Source: an uncultured Hellea sp.
GTDB taxonomy: Bacteria; Pseudomonadota; Alphaproteobacteria; Caulobacterales; Maricaulaceae
Direction of reading: 5' to 3'
Assembly: GCA_938007935.1 (NCBI GenBank)
Contig: CALLMD010000013.1
Location: 20,912 to 84,911 of the forward strand
DNA length: 64,000 bases
The notes under the pieces are model-generated. The model worked only from the letters and a program-made list of their open reading frames with translations, had not been told where the DNA came from and did not search any database. Shown here in pieces: positions 62,460-64,000 of this stretch. The position numbers and the translations under genes were made by a program. Every line of letters begins with the position of its first letter. The first letter of the stretch is position 1.

Positions 62460-62640
62460 CTAACTCACTGAAATCATTATGCTTTTTGTGATTTTTGCCT
62501 CACGCCGAAAGTGGCAAATTTAGCTCTAGGCACCCTATAGGCACCAGATGCGAGCGTGTTTTGAAGGGATGCGGTGAATTTCTGTTAGATTACGGTTTCG
62601 TAAGGCGGAGTAAACACAGTTTGTATAATGCGAATCAAGC

Positions 62641-63189
62641 TTAACTCAACGTAAGCCCCATTCCGATTAACACCCAGCGCGATGTCGCATCACTTAAAGG
62701 CGTTTTTGCGCCTTTGATTCCTCGTCTATCTCCAGCAATCCATATGTTAGCTTTGTCATATATCTTTCTATCAAGCCCATCAAAATAATCTAATGTATCC
62801 AAAATAGCTTGTGCTCGCTTGCCCGTCTCAGGACTCTTTCCATGCAAAATGCGATCTCGCACCGCCTCCGCACTTTCAATCTTTTTAATGAGGGCCTTAG
62901 GGATATCAAATCCATAAACTTTAGAGAACTTTTCCTTAAAGTCTTTCCGGGTGAGATCATGTAAATCTATAGCTTTAAAGGCTAGTTTCGTGGAAACATC
63001 ATGCCGCACGACAATACCATAATAGAGGATTTCCCTATGAGCGTTCTCCAATCTGGAGAACATATAACTTACGACAACATCATAATCATACTCATCTTCT
63101 AGGAGTGTGAGGCACGGATCGAAGTACTTTATGACTTCTTCGCGGTGTTGTTTAAAATGCTTGATGACTGTTCTGCGCTGAATGGCCAT
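62641..63189 (-). CDS. Hypothetical protein with HEPN-like R-X4-H motif
   Basis: Helical 182-aa protein with AVRDRILHG (62839-62859). Confidence 0.65.
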   Translation of the reverse strand: MAIQRRTVIKHFKQHREEVIKYFDPCLTLLEDEYDYDVVVSYMFSRLENAHREILYYGIVVRHDVSTKLAFKAIDLHDLTRKDFKEKFSKVYGFDIPKALIKKIESAEAVRDRILHGKSPETGKRAQAILDTLDYFDGLDRKIYDKANIWIAGDRRGIKGAKTPLSDATSRWVLIGMGLTLS

Positions 63190-63277
63190 AATTATCTCCC
63201 CCTAATCCTACCCGCAGCTAAACAAACGGTTGCAATTCCTGCAAGTGTTTTGTCTATTGCGCTTTCGGGAGAATGGT

Positions 63278-64000
63278 ATGGTTACTGGGGATTTTAAGGC
63301 GCAGGTTGATAGCCTTTGGCAGGCTTTCTGGAGCGGAGGTGTATCGAACCCGCTCTCTGTTATCGAACAGATTACCTATTTGCTCTTTATTCGCCGTCTT
63401 GATCAAATCCAAAAACGCGAGGAAGAAAAAGCGCAAATGCTAGGCACTGAGCTTTCCCGCGTAATTTATCCTGAAGGTAATTACGTCGAAGATGTGCCTG
63501 ACCCTACCGACCCGCAAAAGAAAATCACGGTATCCTATCAGGAATTACGTTGGAGTTACTTGAGCGATATGGCTGCCGAAGAGCGGTTCAAAATCATGGA
63601 CAATTTCGTCTTTCAGTTCCTGCAAAAAATGGCCTCCGAAGGCAGTAGCCACAACAAACACATGAAGGATGCCCGCTTTGGGATTCCAACGCCGCAGCTT
63701 TTGACCAAGGCCATGGATATTATCGACCAATTGCCGCTTGATACAAAGCAAGATCAAAAGGGCGATATTTACGAATATATGCTCGGTAAAATCGCGAGTG
63801 CGGGACAGAATGGTCAGTTCCGAACCCCGCGCCATATCATTGAGCTTATGGTTGCCCTGACGGCGCCTACACCCCAAGACGTTATTGTTGACCCTGCCTC
63901 AGGCACGTGTGGATTTCTGGTCGCGGCGAGTGAATATGTAACCAATAACCATCCTGATGTTTTGCTGGATGACACGCTGCGGGAGCATTTCAACTCAACC
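63278..64000 (+). CDS. hsdM: Type I restriction-modification methyltransferase subunit M (partial, runs off the window)
   Basis: Translated by hand from ATG 63278 after GGGAG: MVTGDFKAQVDSLWQAFWSGGVSNPLSVIEQITYLLF...GDIYEYML...GQFRTPRHII...VDPASGTCGFL (motif I); open to 64000, so missing from the ORF track. Confidence 0.93.
   Translation, partial: MVTGDFKAQVDSLWQAFWSGGVSNPLSVIEQITYLLFIRRLDQIQKREEEKAQMLGTELSRVIYPEGNYVEDVPDPTDPQKKITVSYQELRWSYLSDMAAEERFKIMDNFVFQFLQKMASEGSSHNKHMKDARFGIPTPQLLTKAMDIIDQLPLDTKQDQKGDIYEYMLGKIASAGQNGQFRTPRHIIELMVALTAPTPQDVIVDPASGTCGFLVAASEYVTNNHPDVLLDDTLREHFNST

Larger units (their letters stand above)
62460..64000. mobile_element. Probable left end of a genomic island integrated at tRNA-Thr
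   Basis: Arm-site-like direct repeats next to the tRNA 3' end, then an orphan HEPN-motif gene and type I hsdM; no integrase seen inside the window. Confidence 0.55.

Overview
Mostly core chromosome of an alphaproteobacterium. A Caulobacterales/Maricaulales-like lineage is inferred from cckA-recA-alaS synteny, perfect CtrA boxes, GTTC-N7-GTTC LexA boxes, regBA/senC and an ATPase zeta subunit. It carries about 65 CDS (alaS, recA, cckA, dksA, queF, frmA/fghA, cysD-cysNC, map, radC, purB, purCSQL, rpsD, icd, regBA, metG and others), tRNA-Leu(UAA), tRNA-Thr(UGU), and the left edge of a probable tRNA-Thr-integrated defence island (HEPN-motif orphan plus a type I hsdM that runs off the window). Best novelty candidates: (1) CysD carries an in-frame 71-aa N-terminal domain resembling alphaproteobacterial phage Cro-like HTH proteins, with a perfect 18-bp palindrome 10 bp upstream of its start, suggesting a self-regulating ATP sulfurylase operon (cysD-cysNC-DHH phosphoesterase); (2) a roughly 900-bp non-coding gap (58266-59183) with degenerate REP-like palindromes and a large multi-helix, possibly pseudoknotted RNA-like structure that I cannot assign to a known family; (3) a three-hairpin element with repeated CCUUCCCCU loops between recA and alaS; (4) a pair of secreted thioredoxin-fold paralogues, one with and one without CxxC, downstream of two CtrA boxes. 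All family calls come from motif recognition by eye; no database searches or folding programs were run.
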